Of a DNA stretch of 64,000 bases, positions 43,024 to 54,700 are shown one piece after another (within the stretch, counting starts at the first letter, position 1; each line of letters starts with the position of its first letter). The notes under the pieces were generated by a model, which did no database searches, was not told the DNA's origin, and saw only the letters and a program-made list of their open reading frames with translations. Position numbers and translations under genes: made by a program. The stretch covers positions 248,001 to 312,000 of the IMG/VR virus record IMGVR_UViG_3300042868_005134; one strand, given 5' to 3'.

Positions 43024-46000
43024 GTTATTGTGGTCCTATCGTTTCTAAATACTAGATATTTATCTGTATATTCACCAGTAACAGAATCTATTGTGTATCT
43101 GTCTATGGTGTAATCTAAATTCTTAAAATCAAATGTTGTAGTTTTTATGTAATTTTCAATGTTTAGCAAAACAGTATCTGCGCCGCCCGGCTTACAATAG
43201 CACAAAGGAACGGCCGCTACGTAGTTGATTTCTGTAGTTTTGCCCAGTTGAATACTGCGCATCCATAATGGCAAATAGTTACGCTCGGTGGCAGTATTCT
43301 CCATATTTTGAATCCTGTAACGCCATAAGCTAATACTGCTAGGGAATCTAATGCCAGTACCCGGATCTCCGGCAAATACATCGTTCCTATCCAATGTTAC
43401 ATTGAATGGAATTGGACGATGCCAAAACGCAGTATCTTTATTAAAATCTGGACCAATATAAAATTCATTGTTTTGATCCACTGTGATGTCTATGTTACTT
43501 CTACTATATTTGATAGTTGAAGGCAAATGATCTTTTCCTTTTTCCAACGGATCTAACATTTCTACATAGATAATCTCATACACTATGGTATTTGTGCCTG
43601 GTATTTTTGCCACTGCCTTTTTAAGTTCGCCAAAGGTAAATCGTTTTGTCTTATGGTTTCGTCCCATGGCACTGATATATTCAACTGCCTGCTTGGTTTC
43701 AATTCCTGCGTACACTAACATTTTTAAATCAGTTTGTATGCCAAAATATGGATCGCTTGGTCGATATATTACCGACTGATCAAACACTTCGCCGTCAGTT
43801 ATAAAATCTCTAAATATTGATCTTTGATTCAATTTCAAGAATGGTTTTGCTGTTAAATTGCTGTAGTAGGTATTGTTAGGTGTGTTAACTGTCAACGTAA
43901 ATGTTCTAGTTATAGCACTGTAACCCAGTTGGTCTCTAGCCCTTATAGTAAATGTATAACTTCTATCTAGTGTAGTATCGTCTGAATCTAAACTTAGGTT
44001 AAGACTGCCAACACGGTCAAATGTGGTAAGTGTTTTGTCTCTTTCAGGAAATTTATACACACTCCATTTTGTGAGATCTGTACTGAACAATGCGCTGCTA
44101 GTGTGAGCCGTAATACATTTGTAAAATGTAGGTAAATTATACGTTGTTCCTGACGCTGGCTTCATTCCTATACTAGTACCCTTATTTGGATAGTTAAAAT
44201 AATTTAACGGAATGATCAATGTCTGTCCTGCGTAAACACCTGGTGAAGTTTCAATACTAATTAACCCACTACCAAATGTTCCAGGTGTAGCATAATAATT
44301 TAAGGTAATTGTACTTGAGTTAGAGATAGTGGCAAAATATCTGCCGTTATAATTGCTATTACTATTGCCGTTGATTCTATACCAAAATTCTAAACCTGTA
44401 GATGTGGTAAATGTTAAATCGTTGACAACATCAAGACCACCAAGGTGCGCACCGCTGACAGTTATCCGATCTCCTGGAAGATAGCCAAAACCTGGATCAA
44501 CTAAAATCACTGTGACTAGTCCAGTATAATTTGTACTGCCATTAGAGCCTTTTTCTATTTTGAATCGTGCACCAGTACCACTACCAGTTGTAGAAGCAGC
44601 AGGAACATCGTTATAAACAAACGGAACAATACTACTACTAGTTCCTTTTATTAAAGTAAAAACCGGAGCAAGTGGAGTTAATTTTTGTGTAGGAATTGTA
44701 AATGCTACTTTAACAGATTCACTCATGATAAATGTCAAATCGTTTGTGGGACTTGTGCCACCTAACAAATTACCTACTATTTTAATTTGATCGCCGGTAC
44801 TATATCCTGACCCAGGACTTATCATTTTGATGGTTGTTACACTATTATAACCTGTTAAACTACTACGTTTAATTACGGTAAATGTTGCACCTGCGCCACC
44901 ACCCGTAACTGCTACACTGGCAACACCTGTGTATGTTCCATCAATCGCTACACTCACTCCTGAAATATTAGTATATACATCGTCGGATGTTGTTAAAGTA
45001 GATCCAGTTAATTCAATAGCGGCAATAGTGACACTAACAGCATCATAATAGTTAAAGTTTAAATCGTCACTGACAATTTCCACTAAATCGCCAGTGACAA
45101 AATTGTGATCTAAACTGGTAACTACTGTTGCGGTATTACGACGTCTTGTTAATGATTTAATTCCGCGGATGTTATTTTGTTTAACAACAGTGTTTATTTG
45201 ATAGCTACTGCTTGGCTTCCATAAACTTCTATAGCGTATTTGATTGGTAAGTTGATTTACCTTACCTACCACTTCTCCGTCTAGATTTAAAGTTAAGCCA
45301 GGCGGCAGTTTGCCATCTTCTAGTGTATATAGAATGGCAGATCCACTAAAGGTACTACTGGCAACTATGCTAAGTGTGCTAACATACCCGCTGTCAATGT
45401 TTCCTAGATTTTCAGGACTGGTCCAGTTCATGACACTTTCCACTTCGCCCAAGATGTCCACAGTAAATACTCGACGACTTACTGCTTGTTCTGATCCTTG
45501 TCCAAATCTAATAGCCTTGATGGTAAATTGATATGTTAAAGTGATAGCAGGTTGGTATGGAACAGTGCCAAATACTTCACCGGTAGTTTGGTCAAATATC
45601 ATACCTGTTGGTAGAACGCTATCAGTACCTATGAACACAGAACTACCATTAGTTACCGTTACTTCTAGAGCAGGACTAACAGTCAAGCGATAGATATCCC
45701 CACCCAGCACATCAACATCTGTTATAGTATAAATTTCTTCTGTGGCACCTGTAAATTCCCCGTTGAATGAAAATTTATATCCCACTTGCGGTACTCCGTC
45801 AGCTCGTTCTATTCTAACAGCAGTCTGTCCTAGTCTATTGTCATTGGCTGTTTCTCTTATACAGATTGCGCTTATTAACGCATTGATGTCTGAGTAATCG
45901 TACGTTACAGGTCCTAGATCACTAAAGCCTTCGTATATATCTATTTTAAATGTTTGATAGTTATTGGCTCTTCGCAAACCGAGATACTGGGGTGTTGTGA

Positions 46001-46829
46001 ATATAGGAGCACGTACATAGGACACATCGGCAGTGTACGCACCGGTACCCGCAGCTTCAATGACATTGTCGCTTCTAAAGAAATCATCGCCTACTACAAA
46101 AATTCTAAATTTTCGTTTGGCCACACTGTCGCCATCTGTAACTGTTGCTATAAATTCGTAATTTCGATTTAGCTTGCGTGGTCTTCCGGTAGGTACACTA
46201 AAGTCAAACACAGTTAAATCAAATACGTAAGTGTCGTATCCGTTAGTACTTCTATAGCCAAAGTCGTAGGCTACATTGTCATACAAGTCTGTGTCGAAAG
46301 GACCGTTGCCAGCAGCTAACGGAATAGACAATAACGGTTGAACAAAGCCTGTAATTCTTCCGCTTTCTGTTAAAATTAAACCTGGTGGCAACTCTCCCTC
46401 GTCGCTGGCAATAAAGAATTTAAGTTGCTGGCCAGCGGCCGTATCGGTATCTGTGACAACTAATTGAAAATCGATATAACTACTATCTAAAATATAATAT
46501 GCATCGTTGGCACCGATGGGCAATGCACCAGCAGGAGTTAACCAATTGGGTTCATCGGACCCAACTACTGTAATTGTAAAAGTTCTATCCGCAAATTCAC
46601 TACTGCTACTTGCTCTAATAACAAATTTAAATTCTGTTGTTCTAGGTATTTCGTAAGGTGTTCCTACCAAGTTGCTGCCTTGAATACGCATACCCGGCGG
46701 AATCTTTCCTGTTATTTTTTGAAAAGTTATGCCAACACTAGAGCTTATAGGCAGTGCTATACTTACTGTTTGTCTTTCATTGATTGTCCCTAAACTGTAT
46801 CCAGAAGGTTGAGTCCACGTTAATGCCAT
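43020..46829 (-). CDS. large baseplate wedge-like protein with Ig-like repeats
   Basis: repeated LPPGLxLxxxGxIxG Ig-type motifs; late promoter; structural context. Confidence 0.65.
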   Translation of the reverse strand: MALTWTQPSGYSLGTINERQTVSIALPISSSVGITFQKITGKIPPGMRIQGSNLVGTPYEIPRTTEFKFVIRASSSSEFADRTFTITVVGSDEPNWLTPAGALPIGANDAYYILDSSYIDFQLVVTDTDTAAGQQLKFFIASDEGELPPGLILTESGRITGFVQPLLSIPLAAGNGPFDTDLYDNVAYDFGYRSTNGYDTYVFDLTVFDFSVPTGRPRKLNRNYEFIATVTDGDSVAKRKFRIFVVGDDFFRSDNVIEAAGTGAYTADVSYVRAPIFTTPQYLGLRRANNYQTFKIDIYEGFSDLGPVTYDYSDINALISAICIRETANDNRLGQTAVRIERADGVPQVGYKFSFNGEFTGATEEIYTITDVDVLGGDIYRLTVSPALEVTVTNGSSVFIGTDSVLPTGMIFDQTTGEVFGTVPYQPAITLTYQFTIKAIRFGQGSEQAVSRRVFTVDILGEVESVMNWTSPENLGNIDSGYVSTLSIVASSTFSGSAILYTLEDGKLPPGLTLNLDGEVVGKVNQLTNQIRYRSLWKPSSSYQINTVVKQNNIRGIKSLTRRRNTATVVTSLDHNFVTGDLVEIVSDDLNFNYYDAVSVTIAAIELTGSTLTTSDDVYTNISGVSVAIDGTYTGVASVAVTGGGAGATFTVIKRSSLTGYNSVTTIKMISPGSGYSTGDQIKIVGNLLGGTSPTNDLTFIMSESVKVAFTIPTQKLTPLAPVFTLIKGTSSSIVPFVYNDVPAASTTGSGTGARFKIEKGSNGSTNYTGLVTVILVDPGFGYLPGDRITVSGAHLGGLDVVNDLTFTTSTGLEFWYRINGNSNSNYNGRYFATISNSSTITLNYYATPGTFGSGLISIETSPGVYAGQTLIIPLNYFNYPNKGTSIGMKPASGTTYNLPTFYKCITAHTSSALFSTDLTKWSVYKFPERDKTLTTFDRVGSLNLSLDSDDTTLDRSYTFTIRARDQLGYSAITRTFTLTVNTPNNTYYSNLTAKPFLKLNQRSIFRDFITDGEVFDQSVIYRPSDPYFGIQTDLKMLVYAGIETKQAVEYISAMGRNHKTKRFTFGELKKAVAKIPGTNTIVYEIIYVEMLDPLEKGKDHLPSTIKYSRSNIDITVDQNNEFYIGPDFNKDTAFWHRPIPFNVTLDRNDVFAGDPGTGIRFPSSISLWRYRIQNMENTATERNYLPLWMRSIQLGKTTEINYVAAVPLCYCKPGGADTVLLNIENYIKTTTFDFKNLDYTIDRYTIDSVTGEYTDKYLVFRNDRTTIT

Positions 46830-46846
46830 TTCAGCTCCGTTTTATG

Positions 46847-46853
46847 TATTTAA
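46847..46853 (-). promoter_or_regulatory. putative late promoter TTAAATA
   Basis: 17 nt before ATG 46829. Confidence 0.55.
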
Positions 46854-46873
46854 CCAAAAAACAGAACTTATGT

Positions 46874-49498
46874 TTAACCAAATCTAAAAATTCTAGGTCT
46901 GGGCCAGGCCATACCGGAGGATGGTCGTACACCTTGCGATAGTTTAGGCACTGTTTGCCCTTCTGTAGGACGTTCTTTTTTATAATATAAGTATAGATTA
47001 GGTGCTCCTTGAAGATCCCTAATATCAGTTGGGCCGCCAGTGGTTGCGCTTACCTGTCCTTGTTTTGCGACGCCTGTAATATAGGCCTTTGCTTGAACTT
47101 GATTCCAATGCGGGTTTTGTTCTAAAACACAAGCCAGCACCCCACACACATTAGGGCTTGCCATACTGGTTCCACTAATTTTACCCAGTAGGTATGAGCC
47201 ATTTCTGCTATCGCCTATACCACTTAGATACGCACTGATAATATTAGTACCTGGTGCCCAAATGTCCACACCAGGGCCACAATCACTATAATAACTCTTT
47301 TGGTCACTGCTGTTTACATCTATTGCTCCCACACATATATTTGGGATAGCAGTATCGTTGGCAGTGGGGCTGGTGCCGCGCATATAGTAATAGGGATTAG
47401 CAACACTGGCTGGATATCTACTGGCCATTTCAAATGTGTTGTCCCAATCTAAACCACCTGGTACATCATGTTTCCATAATCCGTTGCCAGCTGCCCCTAC
47501 CATGATAACACCTTCTGCTATAGCATCTACTATGTCGGCATCACATCCTGGTACACGAGAAGGAATACGTTGCCCCGATATAAATCCCCAACCGTTCAAT
47601 TGTTCTGTGGTAAATCCACCACCCACAGTTTTTCTAGCATTGGCACCCAACTGAAGATCAATTTGACTGGGTGTTGCTTCGTAAAAAACAAATTCGTTAA
47701 CCATGTTTGGACTACCAACAGTGCCACCAGTTGAAGCTGTACCTTCAAGTCTTACTCTGTATGTTCTATTGGGCGAAGTACCTTCGACACCGTAATAAAT
47801 TCTTTGTACACTATTGTCGGCACACGACCACATAATCTTTGGAAGATTTGGACTTGCTGGACCAAGGCCAGCATATAAAGTTGAGCCACTGCCGAATGTA
47901 ACATAATGATTAGTGCTAACATAGATAGTGCTATATGTGTTACCTAAAAATGTAATACTGAACGGCAACACCAACGTCCAGTAGCCATCATCATTATTTC
48001 CGCTAGTTGGTGTAGTACTGCTGGCTAAAGAAGCTGCATCTAATAAGCTATTAGTTATTTCTGTAACAGTTGCCGCAGAACCAGTTGACGTAGTGTTTAC
48101 CAACAAACTCATGGCAACGGCAATAGTGGGAGTTTCTGCGTTAGCTAGATCTAGTGTTGTATCAAATATAATGGTATATACGTCAGTTTCCGCTAAACTA
48201 AAATCTTCTCTAATATCAGTTTCTACTGCTATGTCAGTGAACGGACCTTGGGTGAAGGTATCAACTACACTGTTATCAGATTTTTTAATAGTAATGCTGC
48301 TTGTTAAACTAACTGTGCCACTAAAACATTCAGAAGCAACATTGTTTATTAAACTGATATCTGCAGGTCCTTGAACTGTAACAGAATAGCTGGAATCGGG
48401 CTCACTAAACGTAGTTAAGTAAGTTTGCTGTCCTTCTTGCGACCAACTAACAGGTTTAGTTAAAATGCTGCCTCCAGGGGGCGTATACGGGCCTGTAGTT
48501 GTAATTCTATTTCCAAAATTTTCAAATCCCAATAACACAGCCAATCTTTCATTAGAGTTACAAACGCCGCTATATCCAGTATAGGTAGTAGCACCACTTG
48601 GCGTATATCTTGATCCCCTGTAGGTAACTGCTGTAATATCAGTCATACTCCATTCGCTGGGGAAAATACTTTCTCCCCAACTGTTGTTACATATAGTTGG
48701 ATTACGTCTTCCAGTTGCTGGATTTACGCTTTTAGCTTTGTGAAATTCTTTTATGTAACCGAATACGTAACTAAAGTCTCCGCTATCACCTGCATCATAA
48801 TAAATGTTATAGATGTTGGAGTCTCTTGCCCATCCTTGAGTATTACCAGCAACTGTGCCGCTTACGTGTACACTATGACTGTGCGTGGCATTACTGTATG
48901 TTCCAGGAGCTGTTCCTCTCACAGCAAGATTGTGTTGAAACCAATTGTAGTTCAACATTCGTGAGCCGCCAGTACCGTTGGCGTTAACAGCATATTCTGG
49001 ATGTGCGCTATCTGGATTACCAGCGTCTACAATAACTACATCTACATTTTTTCCTGTTGATGTTATTTGTACTGTGGCTGTTTGGTTGGCAGTCCCGTCA
49101 CTGCCCCAGCCTGATCTATTAGCGCCTTCTGTACAGCGTAACAGTGCCCAATTCAACATGTTACTAGATGTAGTTCCTGATTTATTCCAAAAACTACTAG
49201 TCTGTGTTGTGGTGGCAAATGTGCCAGGCTTCATGCCTAGATATCTAGAATGTATTGACACACTTTCAACTCTAAAATCTTGTTTTAGGTCTAATGCTTC
49301 CCATTCGGTTAGCATATAGTGTGTGCTTCTGCTAAACGGTTTTTGATCTACGCAAGAAACTGCACGCTCAGGCGCTGCACTTCCTTCGAATCTACCATAG
49401 TCTGCCATCTCGGCATAAAATGAATCAAGATCATCGCTACTTTTCAAAGTAACAATATACTCTTTTGTTTCTGTATATTTTTTAATAGAGTCTGTCAT
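46874..49498 (-). CDS. subtilisin-like S8 serine protease with large internal insert
   Basis: VDVVIVD (Asp), HSVHVSGT (His), NNSWG, AAGN, GTSMASP (Ser); I9-like prodomain. Confidence 0.88.
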   Translation of the reverse strand: MTDSIKKYTETKEYIVTLKSSDDLDSFYAEMADYGRFEGSAAPERAVSCVDQKPFSRSTHYMLTEWEALDLKQDFRVESVSIHSRYLGMKPGTFATTTQTSSFWNKSGTTSSNMLNWALLRCTEGANRSGWGSDGTANQTATVQITSTGKNVDVVIVDAGNPDSAHPEYAVNANGTGGSRMLNYNWFQHNLAVRGTAPGTYSNATHSHSVHVSGTVAGNTQGWARDSNIYNIYYDAGDSGDFSYVFGYIKEFHKAKSVNPATGRRNPTICNNSWGESIFPSEWSMTDITAVTYRGSRYTPSGATTYTGYSGVCNSNERLAVLLGFENFGNRITTTGPYTPPGGSILTKPVSWSQEGQQTYLTTFSEPDSSYSVTVQGPADISLINNVASECFSGTVSLTSSITIKKSDNSVVDTFTQGPFTDIAVETDIREDFSLAETDVYTIIFDTTLDLANAETPTIAVAMSLLVNTTSTGSAATVTEITNSLLDAASLASSTTPTSGNNDDGYWTLVLPFSITFLGNTYSTIYVSTNHYVTFGSGSTLYAGLGPASPNLPKIMWSCADNSVQRIYYGVEGTSPNRTYRVRLEGTASTGGTVGSPNMVNEFVFYEATPSQIDLQLGANARKTVGGGFTTEQLNGWGFISGQRIPSRVPGCDADIVDAIAEGVIMVGAAGNGLWKHDVPGGLDWDNTFEMASRYPASVANPYYYMRGTSPTANDTAIPNICVGAIDVNSSDQKSYYSDCGPGVDIWAPGTNIISAYLSGIGDSRNGSYLLGKISGTSMASPNVCGVLACVLEQNPHWNQVQAKAYITGVAKQGQVSATTGGPTDIRDLQGAPNLYLYYKKERPTEGQTVPKLSQGVRPSSGMAWPRPRIFRFG

Positions 49499-49503
49499 GG
49501 CGT

Positions 49504-51798
49504 TTAAGATTTGTAAATTTTAATTCTCGGAAACACCATGCCACTAGCAGGTCTGGGTTTACAATTAATTTTAGGAAATGTATTACCTGATGTAGCACGT
49601 TCCACCTTATGAAAAAGTATTCGATTGTTTCCGCCTTGTAAACTATTAGAATCTGTGAACCCGCCACCACTGTCTGCCATCTTTCCACTTTGAGCATAAC
49701 CTGTAATATAATTTTTAGCATCTGCTTGGTTCATTCGAGGATATGTTTCTAATGCCACCGCTAGCACTCCAGCAACTTGCGCCGCGGCCATGCTAGTACC
49801 ATTATACTTTTGATAATTGTCTCCACCCTCAACTACAATTCCTGCAGTATTTCCGCCGCTTCCTCCGGTGCCATCGTATACACTACTGATAACATTTTTT
49901 CCGGCAGCATATAAATCTACTCGAGGTCCAGTATTACTTGCTTGTGTTTTATTTTCGTTGCTGGTACTATCCAATGCTCCCACTATAATTATATCAGTAC
50001 TGGCCGCGTTAGGACTAGAACCTCTATGATAGTAAATGGCTTCTCCGTTGTCTAAATAATAATTATTGTAATCTAGACCAGACGGTGTATCTAATTTAAA
50101 ACTGCCATTACCTGCCGAACCTACAAAAACTATACCATCGTTTATACAGTCAACCACATCAGCATCCATGCTGGCATCTCTATAAGGTGCAGCATCGCCA
50201 CCTTGCATAATACCATATTGTTCTAATTGCGCCGGTGAAAACTCTCCACGGAACGCAGCATTTTGATCCACGTGTACATCAATTTGATTAGGTGTTGCTT
50301 CGTAAAATGTCATTTCCCACAACATGGTAGGACTGCCTAATACTCCTCCATTTGCTCCATCGTGTCCTTCGAATCTGATTACGAATGTTCTGCTTCCACT
50401 GGTACCCTTGGTGCCGTACCATAGTCGTTGGCAGCTTCTATCTCCACCACTAATGATTATTTTTCTTGTAGTGGGCCTATTTGCACCTGGGTCAACTTTG
50501 TAGCAATCAGACGCTGGGTTGCCGCCAAAAGTAACAAAACTATTAGAACTCACATGAACATTTTGACTACTGCCAGTTTGGCTTGGCCCATAGTTATTAG
50601 TACCACTATTACTAAAATATGTAATATCGAAAGGCAACGGCAATGCCCAATAGGCATCGTCATAGATATCCACACCATTCGCATCACTGCCAGTGGGCAC
50701 ACCTGCGTTGGTTAGTCCACTAGTTCCTTGCATATTTTTAGTTATGCTGACAACACTAGCGGCAGTAGCGCTAGTGTTAGTTATTCTGTTGCCGCCATTG
50801 GATAAATTAGCCAGTGTTGATGCTCTGGCAGAGGCAGTACATACTCCGCTGTAACCTGTATCTAAAGGGGTATTTCCTAAACCGTCAGGTGTTACAAACG
50901 AACCCCTGTAATAAATTTTACTAATAATTGAATCATTACCGCCGGTGAACGTATTACGCACAGTTGGACTAATGCCAAGGCCCCAGCTGTTGTTAACTAT
51001 GGTTGGGTTACGTCTTCCAGTTGTTGTATTTACACTTTTAGCATTATGGAATGCTCTTATATAATCAAATATATAATCTGAAGGCGTGTACAATCCTGGA
51101 TCTAAATTTCCTTGATCGTGCCTAAAATTGTATATGTCAGCATCTCTAGCCCAACCTTGTGTATCACCACCTATAATACCTGCAACGTGTGTTGCGTGAT
51201 TGTTTGTTCCTGCGTATCCGTCACCGGGTACAGTTTCGTAATAGTTGTAGGTAGCATCAGGATTTGCACTCCATACACTTAAATTATGATTGGCAAACCA
51301 ATCATACTGTTGTGCTCGGCCGACAAACTCGCCGTGACTGGGATCGATAATCTGATCCACTACAACAACATCTACGTTTTTTCCTGTACCTGATGTCACA
51401 GCGGTAGCAGTTTCGTCGCCTTGTGATCCTTCTGAACCCCAGCCAACAATATTGTTGGCAATAGTGGATCTGTACAATCCCCAATTTCGATTGCCTATAG
51501 CGATAGTTTCACTTCTACTCCAAGTGGCAGTTTGACTTGAATGTAGTACAGCCTTGGCGCCCATTAACTTCGACTTTAAGGTCACTGCTTCAACTCTTGG
51601 ATCATTGCGTAGTTGATCAGCTTCGTCTACTGACAAACGATAATGTGTATTTCTACTAATGGGTCGTCGATTCACACACTCCGCTATTCTTGAAGGGACA
51701 TTGTTGGTAGTCCCTTCAGTTTCCATCTCAGAATAAAATTGTTCTAGGTCATCTTTATTTCTGAGCGTTACAATAAACTCTCTGAAAATTGCTGGCAT
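49504..51798 (-). CDS. subtilisin-like S8 serine protease (paralogue) with internal insert
   Basis: VDVVVVD, HATHVAGI, NNSWG, SAGN, GTSMAAA. Confidence 0.88.
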   Translation of the reverse strand: MPAIFREFIVTLRNKDDLEQFYSEMETEGTTNNVPSRIAECVNRRPISRNTHYRLSVDEADQLRNDPRVEAVTLKSKLMGAKAVLHSSQTATWSRSETIAIGNRNWGLYRSTIANNIVGWGSEGSQGDETATAVTSGTGKNVDVVVVDQIIDPSHGEFVGRAQQYDWFANHNLSVWSANPDATYNYYETVPGDGYAGTNNHATHVAGIIGGDTQGWARDADIYNFRHDQGNLDPGLYTPSDYIFDYIRAFHNAKSVNTTTGRRNPTIVNNSWGLGISPTVRNTFTGGNDSIISKIYYRGSFVTPDGLGNTPLDTGYSGVCTASARASTLANLSNGGNRITNTSATAASVVSITKNMQGTSGLTNAGVPTGSDANGVDIYDDAYWALPLPFDITYFSNSGTNNYGPSQTGSSQNVHVSSNSFVTFGGNPASDCYKVDPGANRPTTRKIIISGGDRSCQRLWYGTKGTSGSRTFVIRFEGHDGANGGVLGSPTMLWEMTFYEATPNQIDVHVDQNAAFRGEFSPAQLEQYGIMQGGDAAPYRDASMDADVVDCINDGIVFVGSAGNGSFKLDTPSGLDYNNYYLDNGEAIYYHRGSSPNAASTDIIIVGALDSTSNENKTQASNTGPRVDLYAAGKNVISSVYDGTGGSGGNTAGIVVEGGDNYQKYNGTSMAAAQVAGVLAVALETYPRMNQADAKNYITGYAQSGKMADSGGGFTDSNSLQGGNNRILFHKVERATSGNTFPKINCKPRPASGMVFPRIKIYKS

Positions 51799-51799
51799 A

Positions 51800-54700
51800 T
51801 CATGCTTCTAGTTGTAGTACAGTTAATGTAACTGTGATAGTTCTAGTAGTTCCACTCTTATTTGTTACAGCAATTGGAATACTAGCTAGTGGAGTTCCTT
51901 CGTTGTTAAAGCCTATTGTTCCAGGGCTAATTAACACTGTTTGGGCTGCACTAGTAGTAATAACTTCGGCAATAACTCCACTACCTGGTGTTGGATCAAC
52001 ACCTTCAGCTCTACTAGAATCAGCACTTCTACTGGCTGTATCGGTATAAATTCTCACCCATGCTGGTTGATCTACTAATATTTTAAGTAGAGCATAAGAT
52101 TTATGTCCTGTGACGGCAACGTTGCCAGTGGCTGCATCAGCTAGAGAAGCAGTTGTTCCAATTACATCGGCGCGAGTGGCCATGCTGCCACCTCCGCCAC
52201 TGCTGGCAATGGTAATAGTGTTAGCGTCTGTGCGTGTTACTGTGACATTGGTACCTGCAGCTATGGTTAAGTTGTCTGTACTGGTATCTGAACCTGTGAG
52301 TCTTATGTTTGCACCACCTGATACTGTTTCAGCGCTGATGCCATAAGTCACGCCACCGCCTGATACTGTGCCTGGTTCCCAATTGCTGCGCACACTGTTC
52401 CATACCAATGCCTGACCGTTAGACGGAGCGGCCGTAGAAGTGTCAACATCACTCAGTGCGTTGATACTAGTGGCTGAATATGCTGCTGGCACATCGCTGG
52501 CATTGGCTAATGCGTTCCATGTGGTGCTATGTGCAAAATACATTTTGCCATCTGCGTGACTGTGCGCAATAGCACCGTGATAGGTAGTAGCATTAGGGAA
52601 GGCTGTTTGATCAGCATAGTAAAATGGTATCACTGATCCTACACCTGGTGCTGTGATTGCTCCAGTATCACTCACTGTGACCAAACTGGTCTGACTTAAT
52701 TTTCCAGTTGTTCCATCAAATCTCACTAGAGCATTGTCTGTGGCACTGGCTGGACCCACCATGTCACCGGCCGATGCTGTGCCTGGCAACCATTTGCTAC
52801 CAGCAGAATTCCAAACAAGTGTCTGACCATTTGTGGGCGCACTGGTAGTTGTGTCAACGTCGCTTAGAGCATCGATACTGGTCGAAGCGTAGGCTGCAGG
52901 TATACTAGGAGTTCCGCTAAGGTCGCTGTATGCTCCTGTAGTTGCCACTGTTGACAATGTAGGAGTTCCGCTAAGATCAGCGTATGCGCCACTAGTAGCC
53001 ACAGTTGACACTGTAGTCCACTCTGTATTATAATCGGTGCCATCTATTTTCGATAATACTTGACCAACTGTTCCGCCTGTAGGTACACCTTGGCCGTTAG
53101 TACCTGCCGGTCCTTGGAACACTCCAAGATCAACCCATGCAGAACCACTATAGCTCCATAAGTGAGTTGGGCTTGGACTTAATACAACATACGCATCACC
53201 TAACGTCATTCCTGTTAACGCTAGTAGTGCAGTATTATCTGCAACTGTTCCTTTAATTACAATACTGCCAATTGGTGCGCCGTTCACTGTAGAACCGCCA
53301 GGCAAGTTAATTGTTGTTCCCACCGCAGTAATTAATCCGCCGCCACTACCACCACTACTACCAATTCTTAAACCATTACTAGTTCCATCAATTGCGACTG
53401 TATTAAAAAATCGAGCTGTACGATCTGAATTTAATCGTAATACTTCTTGCATTGTACCAGATGAACTAGCTACTTGTAATTTTAATACACCGGGGATTAT
53501 TCCTGTAGAAATGGTTCCTGTAGCTTCCGCTTTAATTTGCGCAATTCTTACATCGAAATTATATGCGGTAACAGTGCCGGCTCCTGCTTCGGAAGTAATA
53601 TCAGGGCCAGGTGAAGTAACAGTAAAGCTAGTAGAACTAGGTACAGTTAATGTTGTAATGTTAATTAAGTTAACACTTGAGTTAGTTGTGCATACAATAG
53701 TAACAGCCCAACTAGTTGGTCCTAGACTACTAGTCGTCATGCCATGTGACCCGCTAGTGGTAACAGTTAGTATACCAGCTGTTCTGGAAATATTAGTGAT
53801 AGTTGATGTTGGAGCATATCCGTCAAATCCTGACCATCTGATAGAATATATATTATCTCCAGTTAACATAGGAGTTGGTGTTCCATCAACTGAACTAATT
53901 CTTTGTAATACTAATCCTGGAAGAGTAGATGCACTTGGACTATACGATCTAAGAGTTAAAACTGGTGTGCCGCCTGCGACTGGAGCACCGTTATCTGTAA
54001 CAATTAACGAACTTCTACCTTGCCCAGGCGCACCACCAATACTAATACTTGATCCTGACAATCTAATGCTTGGCCCAACTAAATCGAGTTGCGAAGAAGC
54101 TGATACAGTAATACCGTTAGTATTTGGGGTAACACTACCTTTACCCACACCTAACACTTTATAATTGACACGACCTTCTACATATAGTGAGCTACCAGCA
54201 GCATCGTATGTTAAGAATCCGTTAGAACCCTTAACCGTAGTTCCTGGAATTTCGTAAAATGCTAAATCTAGCCCAAGACCTGATTGAACACGGCCGCTGG
54301 TGGAATTTATAGTAATAGTCCCGGCATCAGTTCTTTCAACAGAAATATCAGTGCCACTAGCCAACTTAACATCGTCTGTGCTAGAATTACTTCCTGTTAA
54401 GCGTAAGTTGGCGCCGCCAGTTGCTGTTTCTGAACTTATAGCATAAGTTGTATCAACAACATCATTTGTAATTAAGATAGTACTAGCGTCTGTTCGAGAT
54501 ACGGTAATACCAGTTCCGCTGTCAATTTTAACATCGTCTGTCACCATGTCACTGCCAGTTAAACGTAAGTTGGCGCCGCCAGTTGCTGTTTCTGCACCTA
54601 CACTATATGTTGTGCCTCCACCACCTGCATCAGCTGCCGGCGCCCATGCTGAACCGTTCCATTTTAGAACTTGTCCTGAGCTTGGAGTGTCGCTTGTTAC

